A stretch of 64,000 nucleotides of DNA, taken from assembly GCA_010405405.1 (NCBI GenBank), contig MU004234.1, positions 2,515,697 through 2,579,696 on the forward strand, written 5' to 3'. Every line of letters begins with the position of its first letter. Position 1 is the first letter of the stretch. This stretch comes from Microthyrium microscopicum. Its lineage: Eukaryota. Made by a program: the position numbers and the translations under genes. Below, in pieces: positions 13,953-25,900 of this stretch. The notes beneath the pieces were generated by a model that had not been told where the DNA came from, made no database searches, and saw only the letters and a list, made by a program, of their open reading frames with translations.

Positions 13953-16170
13953 TATTTTAACCCTATTTTATATTAAAAAGGGTTCTTAAAGGAGTACTCC
14001 TTATATATATATCTTAACGCTTCTTATATCTAATTAAGGGTTATTTTATATTATTTATAATAAGGTATTTAAATCTTTACTTAAAAGTTTAGAGATTCTA
14101 AGGCTAGGATTATACCTTCCTATTTAGGAAGTTATAATCTCTCTAAGTACTTATTATATTATATATAACTTTCTTTTACTATAGGAGGCTTTTATAGATT
14201 TTTACTAAGTATTATTATATTAATACTTAGCTATTTTAAGAAGGTAAGAAGATTTAGGTATAAAATAATCTTTCTTACTCTAAATCCTTTATCTCTTATT
14301 CTTTATACTCTAAATCTTAAGGTAAGTAGAAATTTTATAGTTTTATAAATATATATAAAGATTACTATTACTAACCTATTTTATATTATAGGTTCCTTTC
14401 TAGTAACTATAAATTTTCTCTTCTTAGTTATTAAGCTACTTAGCGTTTTCTTAAGTCTTCTTAACTTATTTTAGTATACTTTATATCCTTCTAACCTTTA
14501 ATAACTTATCTTTATTAACCTATATATTTTTAAACTTATCTTTATTTAAAGTAAGTATTAATATAAATAAGTTACTTAAAGATTTTATTAAAGGCTCTTA
14601 GGTCTTTACTAAGGGCAACTTTAACTCTAGTAAAACTATAGTAATTATTTTTACTAGTAAAAATATTAATATATCCTATAATAACTAAATCTTAACTATT
14701 AATATTATAAACCTTACTAAAGTAGTTTCTAAGAATAAGATAGAGTAAAAATATGCTAATAAGAGTATTATAGCCTTACTTAGCTTATTATAGTACTACT
14801 TAACCCTAAATCCTTATTAGTATTATATAAAGGTCTATATAGTATATTTCTTTCTTCCTTTAACTACTAAACTCTACCTTATTCTTAACTTAGACTATTA
14901 TTATACTTAATAAGTTAGTTTAAGTAAGTACTTTATTAAATACCTTAATATAAAGTTAACTAAGAATTATCTAGAGGTAATATCTTATTTTAACTTATTT
15001 TGCATTATATTATACTAATATAAGTAAGTTATTCCTTATTAAGACCTTTATAATAAGGCTAAGCTTATTTTAGTCTATATTATTATTAATAAGGTTATTT
15101 ATACTCTTAAGAATAGTTTTTAGAATAAATTATCCTATAAAGATAAGTATATACTTTATAATAGTATTTAGTATACTTATAAGTATATAGTAACTCTTTA
15201 TAAGTTATAAGTACTTATTTTAACTAATTCTAGTTTAGCTTTATATATTTAGATGCTAATTAGTTTATAATTATATATCTAAGTAGCTAGTAGCTAACTT
15301 CTTCTTATTATACTCTAGTATTACTAAGAATAGCTTCTATATAACCTATATACTTATTAACTATTATATAGGTACTAAAGCTACCTAAAAGCTAGTAAAT
15401 AATAGCCTTTTAAAATTAGAGAAGTATATTATAGCTTATCTAGCTTTCTTAAGTACTAATATCTAATTCTATCTTCCTAAGTACTTTAAGTGCTATAATA
15501 TGCTATATTCCTAGTATATAGACTTCTACTATATTATTAGTTCTTAAGGACCTAATATATCTTAAATAAGTCTTTTTATATTTATACTAAGTTATTTTAT
15601 ATTTAACTATCTTATAGTAATTTACTAATACTAAGAATAACCTAGCTAGTGTCCTTTTAAACTCTTAAGTATTTCTTAAGCGCTATAAGGTCTATCTTAG
15701 TATTTCTAAGCGCTAAGAGGTTAAGGCTTATATTAAAAAGGCTATTAAGGCTTTTTATAAGAATAGTTATACTAATAAGGACTATTCTAAGATTAAGGCT
15801 ATAGCTTTTACTATAAAAAAGCGTAAGATAAGCTAGGTAGCTTCTTCTTAAGTTAAAATAGAATTAGATAGGTTATCTTAGGTTTTTTTAGAATTTAGTA
15901 TTATCTATACTTAGTTTTAATTAGCTAAATAAAGCTATTTCTTATTATATTAAGTTATTTTACGTCTCTTAAGAATAAGTTAGTTAGTAGATACTTTTCT
16001 AAGACTTCTTAAGGATAGGTTTATTAATAGATACCCTTATAGAACTATTATATAGCTAATTTAACTCTTAGTTAGAAATTACTTATTCTTTTATATATTT
16101 TTTAATACGTATTTTAACTCTATTTTATATTATAAAGAGTTCTTAAAGGAGTACCCTTTATATATATATA
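13953..16170. repeat. Internal ~60-bp direct repeat pair (13953-14012 and 16110-16170) in Gypsy B
   Basis: TATTTTAACYCTATTTTATATTA...GTTCTTAAAGGAGTACYC(C/T)TTATATATAT occurs at both positions. Confidence 0.85.
14550..15885 (+). pseudogene. Extra spliced gene antisense to gag-pol inside Gypsy B (RIP relic, unknown product)
   Basis: Canonical intron upstream (GTAAGT 14322, CTAAC 14371, TAG 14391). Long plus-strand frames at 14550-15146 and 15634-15885; the latter de-RIP reads ...FLERHEVHLGISERQEVEAYIEKAIKAF...AFTVKKRK. Boundaries are approximate. Confidence 0.6.
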
Positions 16171-16399
16171 AAGACTTATTTTATATATTATTCTAAGTTA
16201 TTTTATATATTTATAACTTAGTAATTTTCCTATATACTTATTATTTAGTACTATTTTTAAGTTACTTTAAGTTAATTTATTATAATATATATATAAAGGA
16301 GTTAATTTAGGTTCTAATTAGTAAGAAAATTATAAAGTAACTATCCCCCTTCTTTAAAAGCTCGTCTTAAGTCTTTTAGGTCTTTTTTAGCCTTTTTAG

Positions 16400-19300
16400 C
16401 TATTTTTTTAGTCTTATAAAGTTAAGATCTATTAATCTATTTATAATATTATCTAGATATATTATTTCGTATTTAACTACTCTTTTAATTATATTTATTA
16501 CTAGTATAATACTCTTCTTAGCTAACTTTATATAATAGTACTTTAAAATAGTTAAAGAAAGGTTAGTTATAGGCTCTTAGGTTAATTTAGACTCTAGGTA
16601 ACCTTTCTATTTTATAAGGTAGTAATATTTATCTTTTTTATTTACTATATGCTTTATTATCTCCTCTATATTATATATATTTAAGTCTTCTAAGTTTAAA
16701 GAATTTTATAATAATATAGACTTCTATAAAAAGTAAGGGTTTAGTTTATATAGCTCTAATAAAAAGATATAGAATATATTATAAACTTATACGTTTTTTA
16801 GGAAGTTAAGCTAGTAAGTATTAGCGTTTATAATCTTTATAATCTTAAAGGAACCTATATACTTAATATTAAGCTTCTTCTTAATATAAGTAATCTAAAT
16901 ATTCTTTATATTAAGTAAAACTTAATTATTAACGTTTAAATAAACGTCCTTCTTTCCTTTATTATACTAGTTAGCTTAGTATAGCTATACTTTAACTAAT
17001 TTATTCCTTATTATATATTATAGGGATAGGATATAGTTTACTATCTTTTTAGCGTTAAGTATAATACTTTTTAATAGTATTTTAGCTAATTTAAAAGTAT
17101 AAGAGTTCCTTTTAATATATATAATAAAAGGAGTAATTCTAGTTAATAAGTAAATACTATTATTATAGTTAAACTTAGCTAAACTAAGCTATTTTACCTA
17201 ATTATTCTATTTCTAATACTTATAAATCTATAGGTAGTACTTAACCTCTTAGTTTAAGTACTCTATTTAACTATTAGTCTATAAATAGAATACTATTAAA
17301 AGCTTTCTAAGAATAAAAAAATAATAAAGGAATATTTTCTAGTACTTAGAAATAAAGAGAGGTCCTTAATTAAATATAATAGTATAAGGTATGCTATATA
17401 GGTATATAACCTCTTATAAGAAGATCTTAGTAAGGTTTTTTATATCTATATTCTTTCTTATTAAGATATAGTAGGCTATTTTAATTAATTTATTAATAAC
17501 TACTATAATAGAGTTATAGATTTAACTATTATAAATACTTAGAGGTAAATCTATAATAAAATTTATAATAATATTCTTTTATAACATTTTTAGGACTAGT
17601 AAGGCTATTAGCAACTCTTTCTAGGCTTATCTAATAGATTTATTATGTTAGTAGTTAAAGTAAGCTTTATAATAGTTCTTAACGTTCTTCTAGACGTAGT
17701 CCTAAGTATAGTAGCGCTTAATCTTCTTAAGTATCTTCTTTAATCCTTTATAATTACCTTCTATAGCGTTATTATAGAACTATTATAAGATTTTCTTCTT
17801 TTATAACTCTTCTTTAATAAAAATAAGATTTCTACTCGTCTATTTAGTTTTATCTAAGTTATTCTTAGCTAAAGGTAGTTTATTAATAGCTAAAATCTTA
17901 CTAGAGCTTATTTTTAGATACTTCTAGGTCTTAGTAAGCTTATCTTAACTTTTCTTAAGTTAGTTTATAGTAAGATACTATATATTAATACTAACGTATA
18001 TAATAATAAAGTCTATAAATCTAATAGTATTAGTTTTAGCTATAAAAGCGTTATTAAGCTATAACTTATTATAAAGTAGATTAAGTAATACTTCTATAGT
18101 CTTTTTCTATTCTCTTTAGCTCTCTTTAACGTAGTCTAAACGTCTTAAGAGTTTATTAGCTAGATTTATCTTACCTAGGTAGTGCTTAATATTAAAATTA
18201 TATTTTAAGAGTAAATTTATCTATTTTATATATATTAATAATATTTTTAGTATTATTTTAAGCAATTTAAGGTTTATATAGTCTATTAAGACCTAAAATT
18301 AGTCTAGTAAGCCTTATAAGTACTTTCTAAATACTTTTAAGGAATCTATAATTACTAAGAACTTTTATTATAAAGTTTTATAGTAGCTCTTTAGTAGAAA
18401 TAATTTCTAAGAATAGAATATAATAAGTTTCTATAAGCTATCCTAGCCTTTATTATGCTATTTTTAGCTTAATATCTTATAAATTATCTTTCTAAAGGTA
18501 TTAGTTTCTAACTATATAGAAAGTATAAGGTTAAAATAAACTAAAATTAGTACGTTTATAAAAGAATCTTTTAGTTTATTAAAAGAATCTAAGGCGTCTA
18601 GTAGTAATTTAATATCTATAAACTCTTTTTATTATAGCTTTAAGCCTTTTAAGGCCTAACCTAGTTCTTTTTAGGTTAAGGCGTTTAGTAGTATAGTAAT
18701 ATAAGAAAATCTAGCAATAAACTAATAATAGTAGTTTATAAAGCTAATAAATTCCTTTACTTAGTATATATTATATAGTTTTAGCTAATCTAGGTATATA
18801 TTAATCTATAACTAATCTATAATAGTACTATTTAAGGTTATAATATAACCTAGATACTCTATATTACTAGTATAAAACTTATACTTAGATAGTTTTACGT
18901 ATAAATAATACTCTATAAGTTACTATAAAACTTCTTAGATATTTTTAATATATTACTCTTTAATTTTAGAGTAAATAAGGATATTATTAAGGTAAATAAT
19001 ATATATTATGTCTACTAAGCCTCTTAATACTTAGTTAATATACGCTTAGAAGGCCGTAAGAGTATTTATAAGTCTAAATAAGACTATTATATATTTAAAT
19101 ATTCTATATTTAGTCCTAAACGTAGTTTTCTACTTATTACTATTTTTAATACGTAAATAGTAATAAGCTTTACGTAAGTTAAGACTAGTAAAGAACTTAG
19201 CGCCTTAAAGTTTATCTAAAGACTTCTTAATAAGAAGTAATATATACTAATCCTTAATAATAATATTATTTAGGCCTTAGTAGTTTATATAGAGTTATAA

Positions 19301-21300
19301 TATTTTATCTTTCTTCTTTATAAAAAGGATAAAGGCTTTAATAAGGAATCTTAACTTCTAGATTTAACCTTTTATAAGGTAAGTATCTAAGTACTTATAT
19401 AGAATAATTAACTTAGCTTCTAAGAGGCTATAAATAGGTTTATATAGTACTATAGCGCCTAGCTCTAGATTAATCTTAAGGTCTTATAGGCTATATTAGG
19501 CTAATTTAAGTATATCTTATTTATTAAAGGCTTTAGTAAACTATAAATACTTACTTAGGAACTCTTCTATAGATAAATTTAGGTCTAGTAACTTAACTAG
19601 ATAATTAAATAGTTAGGATAAACTATACTAAGCTAACTTAGAGAACTTATTAGCGTTTATAGTCTCTATCTTGCTATAGAAGCTACTAAAAGATTACTTC
19701 TATATAAGAATCTTATTCTTAAAGTCTAGAAGAAGATTTTATTTCTCTAACTAGAGTATTTCTATAATAATAGAATAATATAAAGAGTTTATAATATAAA
19801 ATAACTCTATCTTAGTCTTAAGGAGGCTATTTAAGTTAATTACTATTACTATAGCTTCTATAACTTTATAAATTTATATAAGAGTACTATCTAAGTATAT
19901 TATAAGTATCTTAGAAAGGAAAGTAATATAGAGCTAAAGTTTTTTAGCTAGCTTAATATCTATAATATTAAAGTATAATCTATAATTAACTATAATATTT
20001 AAGAATAAAGCTTTCTAGCCCTTATTATCCCTTAAACTCTTTTATAGATATATTTACTTTAACTTTAGTCTTATAAAGTCTACTTTATTAAGTAAGTTAT
20101 TATTCTTAGCTTTTAATATCTTTAAGATATATATAATAATAGTCTTATAGAGCTATTTAGCGCTAGGCTAGGCTATTTTATTAATAAGAAAGGCTACTAA
20201 GTCCTAGTTTATAACTTTATAACCTTATCTTTCTTTTATAACTTAGAGTATTCTATTTTAAAATAAGGTTTACTATATTTAAAGTATTTAACCTTTTTTA
20301 GGTTAGACTCTAGTAGAATATTTACGTTCTAAGTTATTTTAGATATAGCCTATTCTATTTTACTATTCTTTAAAGGATAAAAAGACTTTCTAAGTATTTT
20401 TAGCTTTTTTAAGCTCTTTTTATACTTATACTTATCTTCTAAGAAGCGTAAGTATTATTTTAAAAAAGGTTATCTTAGGTTTACTTTTTTAGAAGTAGAC
20501 TAAGCCTTAGCCTCTATAGAACTAAGAGTCTAGTATAAGTTAGCCTTTTTAAGAGCTTCTTTAACTATAGTAGTAGTAAACTTCTTATTAAAAAGAATCT
20601 TCTTCTATATATTTCTAAGGAGGTCTCTATAAAACTAAAAAAGGTAACTCTTTTAGTTATTATACTCTTATTCCTTCTATAACTTAAGGAGATTATTATA
20701 AAGCTTTTAAAAATAGTGTTAAATTAATTTAACTATCTAAAACTTCTTAAAAGTAATATATTCTTACTTTATAAAGTAGCCTAAATAGCTTAATATATAG
20801 TCTTAAACTACTTACTATATCTTTTAGAATCCTAAGTCTTAGAACTCTTTATAAAGAATAAGATTATCTAATCCTATTTATAATAGCTTTTTCTTAAGCT
20901 AATTATATTTATAAATATACTAGTAGAGTTACTAGTTATAAGTACTTTCTTAATAAAAAGGTTTAATAAACTTTTATTTAATATTATTAACTTAGAATAT
21001 ATATTCTTAAAGACTCTTCTCCTTATAAGGCTTTATCTTAGGCTTATCTTAGTTTAAAGGTCCTAAAAAGGCAAAAGCTTAGCTTAAAAGATACTAATTA
21101 GGTTTTGTTATATTAACTTAGCTAAAGTTCTCTAACTCTTAAGTAATTTTAAGCTTGCTAAACTAAATTACCTTAGCTTTTACTATTAGCTCTTATACTT
21201 TAAGCTCTAGCTTCTTTTTATTAATAAGCATATTAAGTTCCTCTTTATAGCGTATTATAAAGTTATTTTAAGTCTCTCTAAGCCTAAGTAGGTTAGGATT
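16400..21300 (-). pseudogene. gag-pol relic of Gypsy B
   Basis: RT at ~18600-19450, RNaseH at ~18100-18500, integrase at ~16800-17800 and chromodomain at ~16500-16680, judged from degenerate motifs. Confidence 0.85.
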
Positions 21301-21511
21301 AGCTAGTTTAATATTAAATAAGTCTAATAGACCTCTAAATATATTAGTTTAGAATATAATAAGTACTAGTAACCCTTAGCCTAATAGTTAAGGCTACCTA
21401 AGTCTTATTTAGATGCTAAGGTCTAAATATTTACTATTAAATATAGTTTCTAATTAGATAAAAGATAAAAATAATTTCTTTAGGTACTTAAAAGTTAAGA
21501 AGTAATTACTA

Positions 21512-21779
21512 TATTAGAAACAAGTCGTTCTAAGTAAGTAAAGACTATAATTATTATAGTTTAAGTAGATATATAAAAATAAGGATAAGAGTAATTACTA
21601 GAGAGTTACTTAGACTCCTATAATCTCTCTTTTTTATTACTTAGAGCTATAAGGACTTTACTAAGCTATCTATATTTATAATAAGTTATTATTAGTCAAC
21701 CTAACTAATAACGCTTCATCCTGCGTAGACGTGTCCTATTAGTAGTTATCTTAAACTAGAGGTGTCCTAGTTCCTAATA
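21512..21779 (-). repeat. 5' LTR of Gypsy B
   Basis: Direct repeat of 13001-13268, followed by TSD CGTAG. Confidence 0.95.
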
Positions 21780-21959
21780 CGTAGTAATAATAAGTAAAAG
21801 TAAATATATTAAAAAATAATTACTAAAATAAATAAGAATACTAAAAATAATCTTTACTATCTTAAAGTAAATTAGTAGATAATAAAGTAAATTTAGGACT
21901 TACTTAAAGCGTATGTTATAAACTTAAATCTAGTAAAGGATAGCTTATAATACGCTTTT

Positions 21960-24900
21960 TATGTTTTTATTTTTATTAATTATAATATATAAAATATAAG
22001 CCTACTATTCTATACTTCTAAATATTCTAAATAAACTCTTAATTTATTCTTAAAGTTATTAATTATTACTAGGTAATAAGGTAGATAGATATATAAGCCT
22101 TATAAGTTAAAAGTTTAATTACTTAGATTTTATAATATCCCTTTATAAATAAGCGTAATAACTAGTTAGTAATTACTATAGCTAGTAATATATTTTTAGA
22201 TATTAGCTAACTCTAAGCTACTCTTTTACTACTTAATTATCTAGTATTTAGATATATATTATAATTACTACTTTTACTTATTAAGGACTAGTACTTTTTA
22301 ACTTAAGGAGAACACTACTTAAATAAAGATATTTAGAAGTAGTTAACTAGCTTGCCTCTATATATTAATAAATTAATAATAATATTTATTAATATCTATT
22401 TATATTATTTAGTATATATTAATAGAAAGTATATCTCTATCTTTCTTATAATATACTACTAATTATATACTAAGTAATAAAGTTTCTCTATTTTTTTAGA
22501 GGCTTCTATATTTATGTTCTTTTAATAATAATATTTACTACTTTAGATTAATAATATATATTAAGATTTTTATCTAAAGAAAAATTAGGTATATCTAAAG
22601 TATAACTACTAGCTAATAAATAATATAGTTAAATTACCTTAATAAGGCTACCTAGAGTCTTTACCTAATAAACTTAACCTTTCTAAAAAAGATATATACT
22701 TTATACTAAAGTAAAAAGTATAACCTCTATTATATATTAAGGTTAACGTATTAGATATACCTATTAATATTAGATTAAGGTAGGATTACTTTTTATAGAT
22801 AGGAATACTCTTAGTAAAATTAAGAGCTTATAGTTTATATAGGTTAATAATTCTATAACCTACTTATACTATTTATATTATTCCTAATATAGTGCTTATA
22901 CTTCTTAAGAATATAGAGTAGTATATAGAATTATCTCTATATATAATAATAATAAGGCTATAATAATATTAGAAAGTCTTTAGAGAGCTTAGTTTAAATA
23001 AAAATTATAGTAGAAAATTATAGTAGTTAGCTTTAGTTTTTAGGCTTTACTTTCCTCCTAATTACTAACTTGCTAGTATTTAGTTTAAATAGTATTTAAA
23101 TAACATACTAGTTTTTAACTAACTTTCTCTTATATTATAAAATATAAGCTCCTCTAATATATAGAATAACTTAATCGCTATACCCTAAACTAAAGTATAA
23201 CTACTATATAAGCATAATAAGTTATATAAAACTATAGCCTTAAGAAAGCATTATTAGTAAAATAGGTAAAGAAAGAATAAGATTAGACTTAAAAGGTATA
23301 CTAGAATTACTCTATTATAACTAATAAGTCTATCTATAAGATAAAATCTCTAAATAAGGAGGTAATTAGTTATTATTAATAAGCCTACTATAGATAATAG
23401 TCTATAGTAAGCTATAACTAATAAAGAGTAGTAATATTATTTATATTCTATATATAGTATCTCTAAATAGTAAGTAGTTATAGTATTTAGTATAACTAAA
23501 ATACTAATTAATTAATAGTTAAAAACTATCTATATTACTATAGATTAACTTAGCGTAATATAATATATTAATATAAAACGTATTAATATTAAAAATATTA
23601 AGACTTTTTTTTAAAAGAAAAAAATTAATATAAAAAATACCTTACTATTTTAATTTTTTCTAGAAAGTATATTAAAGAAGGGTAATTAACGAAGTATAAT
23701 AAGATATTTCTAATAATAAATACTAAAGTATAAATAGTTATAAAGATTATTATAATATTATCACCTTAAAAGGGTCTTAATATTAATTAAGATTTATTAA
23801 GATACCTTTATAGTAATTTTACTAAGTATTAGTATAAATATACTACTTAATAAGCTTTATTATAGAAAGCTTTACTTACTTAAGTAATACGTAGTATTAA
23901 ATAATACTACTTAGTAATAGAAAGGCTTTATAGCTATCCTAGCTAGTTAATACCTATATATCTAGAAAACTAGACTAAGTTATAAAGATAGGTTAAACTA
24001 GTAATCTCTACTAATTTTAGCTACTTTAAAGCTAAGTAATTATTAAATAGTATTTTAAAAAGTAACTATAAGTTATTCTTTTTATTTTACTAAAATAAAT
24101 ATATATAATAAGTAAAATAATATCTTAATCCTTTATATAATAGGTAAAATAATATTTTAATCCCTTATATAAGGCATCTCTCTATAAAAAATAGATACCT
24201 TAATATATTCTAATAGATTATTTATAGAACGCGCGTTATAAGTAAAATACTAAGTATTTTATTATAAAGTATCTTATTATATATATTCTCTTAAGTAGTC
24301 CTTAGAGAGGAATAGTATAGTAAGCTTTATAATTAATTTTATGTATATAAAAGTATACTATATTAAAGAATATAGAATTAAGAGTAAAGAAAGCCTTTTA
24401 GCTAAAAAAGCTTACTCTATAATAGTAAGATATTATTCCTAAAGTAATATTTACTACTAAATTATTATAATAAGACTACGTAAGTATAAAACTACTATAT
24501 AGTATAAGCTTAATATTATTATAAATTCTACGCGATTTTTAACGTTATATATTAGAATTTATTAAGATTTTACTCCTATTTTTTTATAAAAGAGCTAAAA
24601 AAACATTATTCTCTTACTTACTTAGCTCTTAATATAGCTATAAAGAAACTTAATAAGACTTAAGTATATATACTACTTACTATATAAACTAGCTTAGCGC
24701 TACTTAAATATAATAGCTAGATTAGAGTTATAGTCTTCTTCTTACTTAATACTAAAAAATATTACTTTACTAAATCTTTTTTATTATAATTTTATTACCT
24801 AATTATATTAATTATACTTAATTTAATAAAGAAAGACAAACTTATATATAATTTAGCTTTATAAGATTATTATATAGTAATACTAACTATCTTAGTACTA

Positions 24901-25900
24901 ATCTTACGCTATTTCCTTACTTTTTTTATATTCTTATAGATATAGTATTCTATAATAGTAAGCTAGCTCCTTAAATATTTAAGTATAGATATATTTTATA
25001 AGATAATTAGTATTTATAAGAAATACTTACGTCTTTAATATTAGTAGTTTTACTAATTAGTAAGCTAAATAGTATATATAATAGTTTAGTATATAAGCTA
25101 AGAAATATAGGCCTACTAAAACGTAACTTTACCTTATATAATATAAATAGAAAAGTTTAAAATACTCTATATTAACGTTTTAAAGCTTACGTAATTATAT
25201 TAAAAGCTAGAAATTACTTTTAAAGATATAAATTAGTAATAGAAGAGTATTAGAAAATATTATAGCTAAAGAGATAGAAGTTTTTAATAACTTAAACTTA
25301 CTAAAAGTTAGTAAAGTAATTATAAGTAAAAAGGATAATACGCTAGAATAATATTATTTAGTAAGGAATTACGCTCTCTTTACTATTAAGATATAACGCC
25401 TAACCTAAAAAGATAATATATAAAGGAATAACTTAAGAACCTATAAAAAGGATAATACTATAAAAGAGATATCGTAGCTAAGGCTTACCTATAAGCTAAT
25501 TTAGTAAGGAACTACTACTACTAAGCTTTACTAAACTTTATTATAGTTATAAATTTATAACTTTATTTTTATTCTTTTAAGAAAGGAGCCTTATAATACT
25601 TACTTTAATTAAAACCCTTATATAGTATTATTTTATTTATTAAAGCTATTTTAAGAAAGATATTATAAGTATAGTCCTCTTAAAAAATATTCCTTTACTA
25701 AATTTAGTAAGCTTCCTTATAAATTAATATCTTTACTTATAATATATTCTTATAACTATACTAAAATTTACATATAGCCCTTTTATATAAGCTATAATAA
25801 TATATTAGGGCTCTCTCTTACTAATATTTAGTAATAATATTACTTTTAAAGAAGATTTATACTATTACGTAACTAAAAATAAATTACCTTAAAAGTATTT
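21960..25900. pseudogene. Unclassified RIP relics of coding sequence
   Basis: Protein-like frames on the minus strand at ~21960-23100 and on the plus strand at ~24290-24800. No TE or host family recognised. Confidence 0.3.

Larger units (their letters stand above)
13001..21779 (-). mobile_element. Full-length Ty3/Gypsy (chromovirus-type) LTR retrotransposon B, RIP-inactivated
   Basis: 268-bp LTRs at 13001-13268 and 21512-21779. TSD CGTAG at 12996-13000 and 21780-21784. Minus-strand RT motif at ~18970-19000 reads IYLNNILIY (de-RIP YLDDILIY). Chromodomain-like start (YDVEEI) at ~16680. PPT at 13269-13285. Confidence 0.95.
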
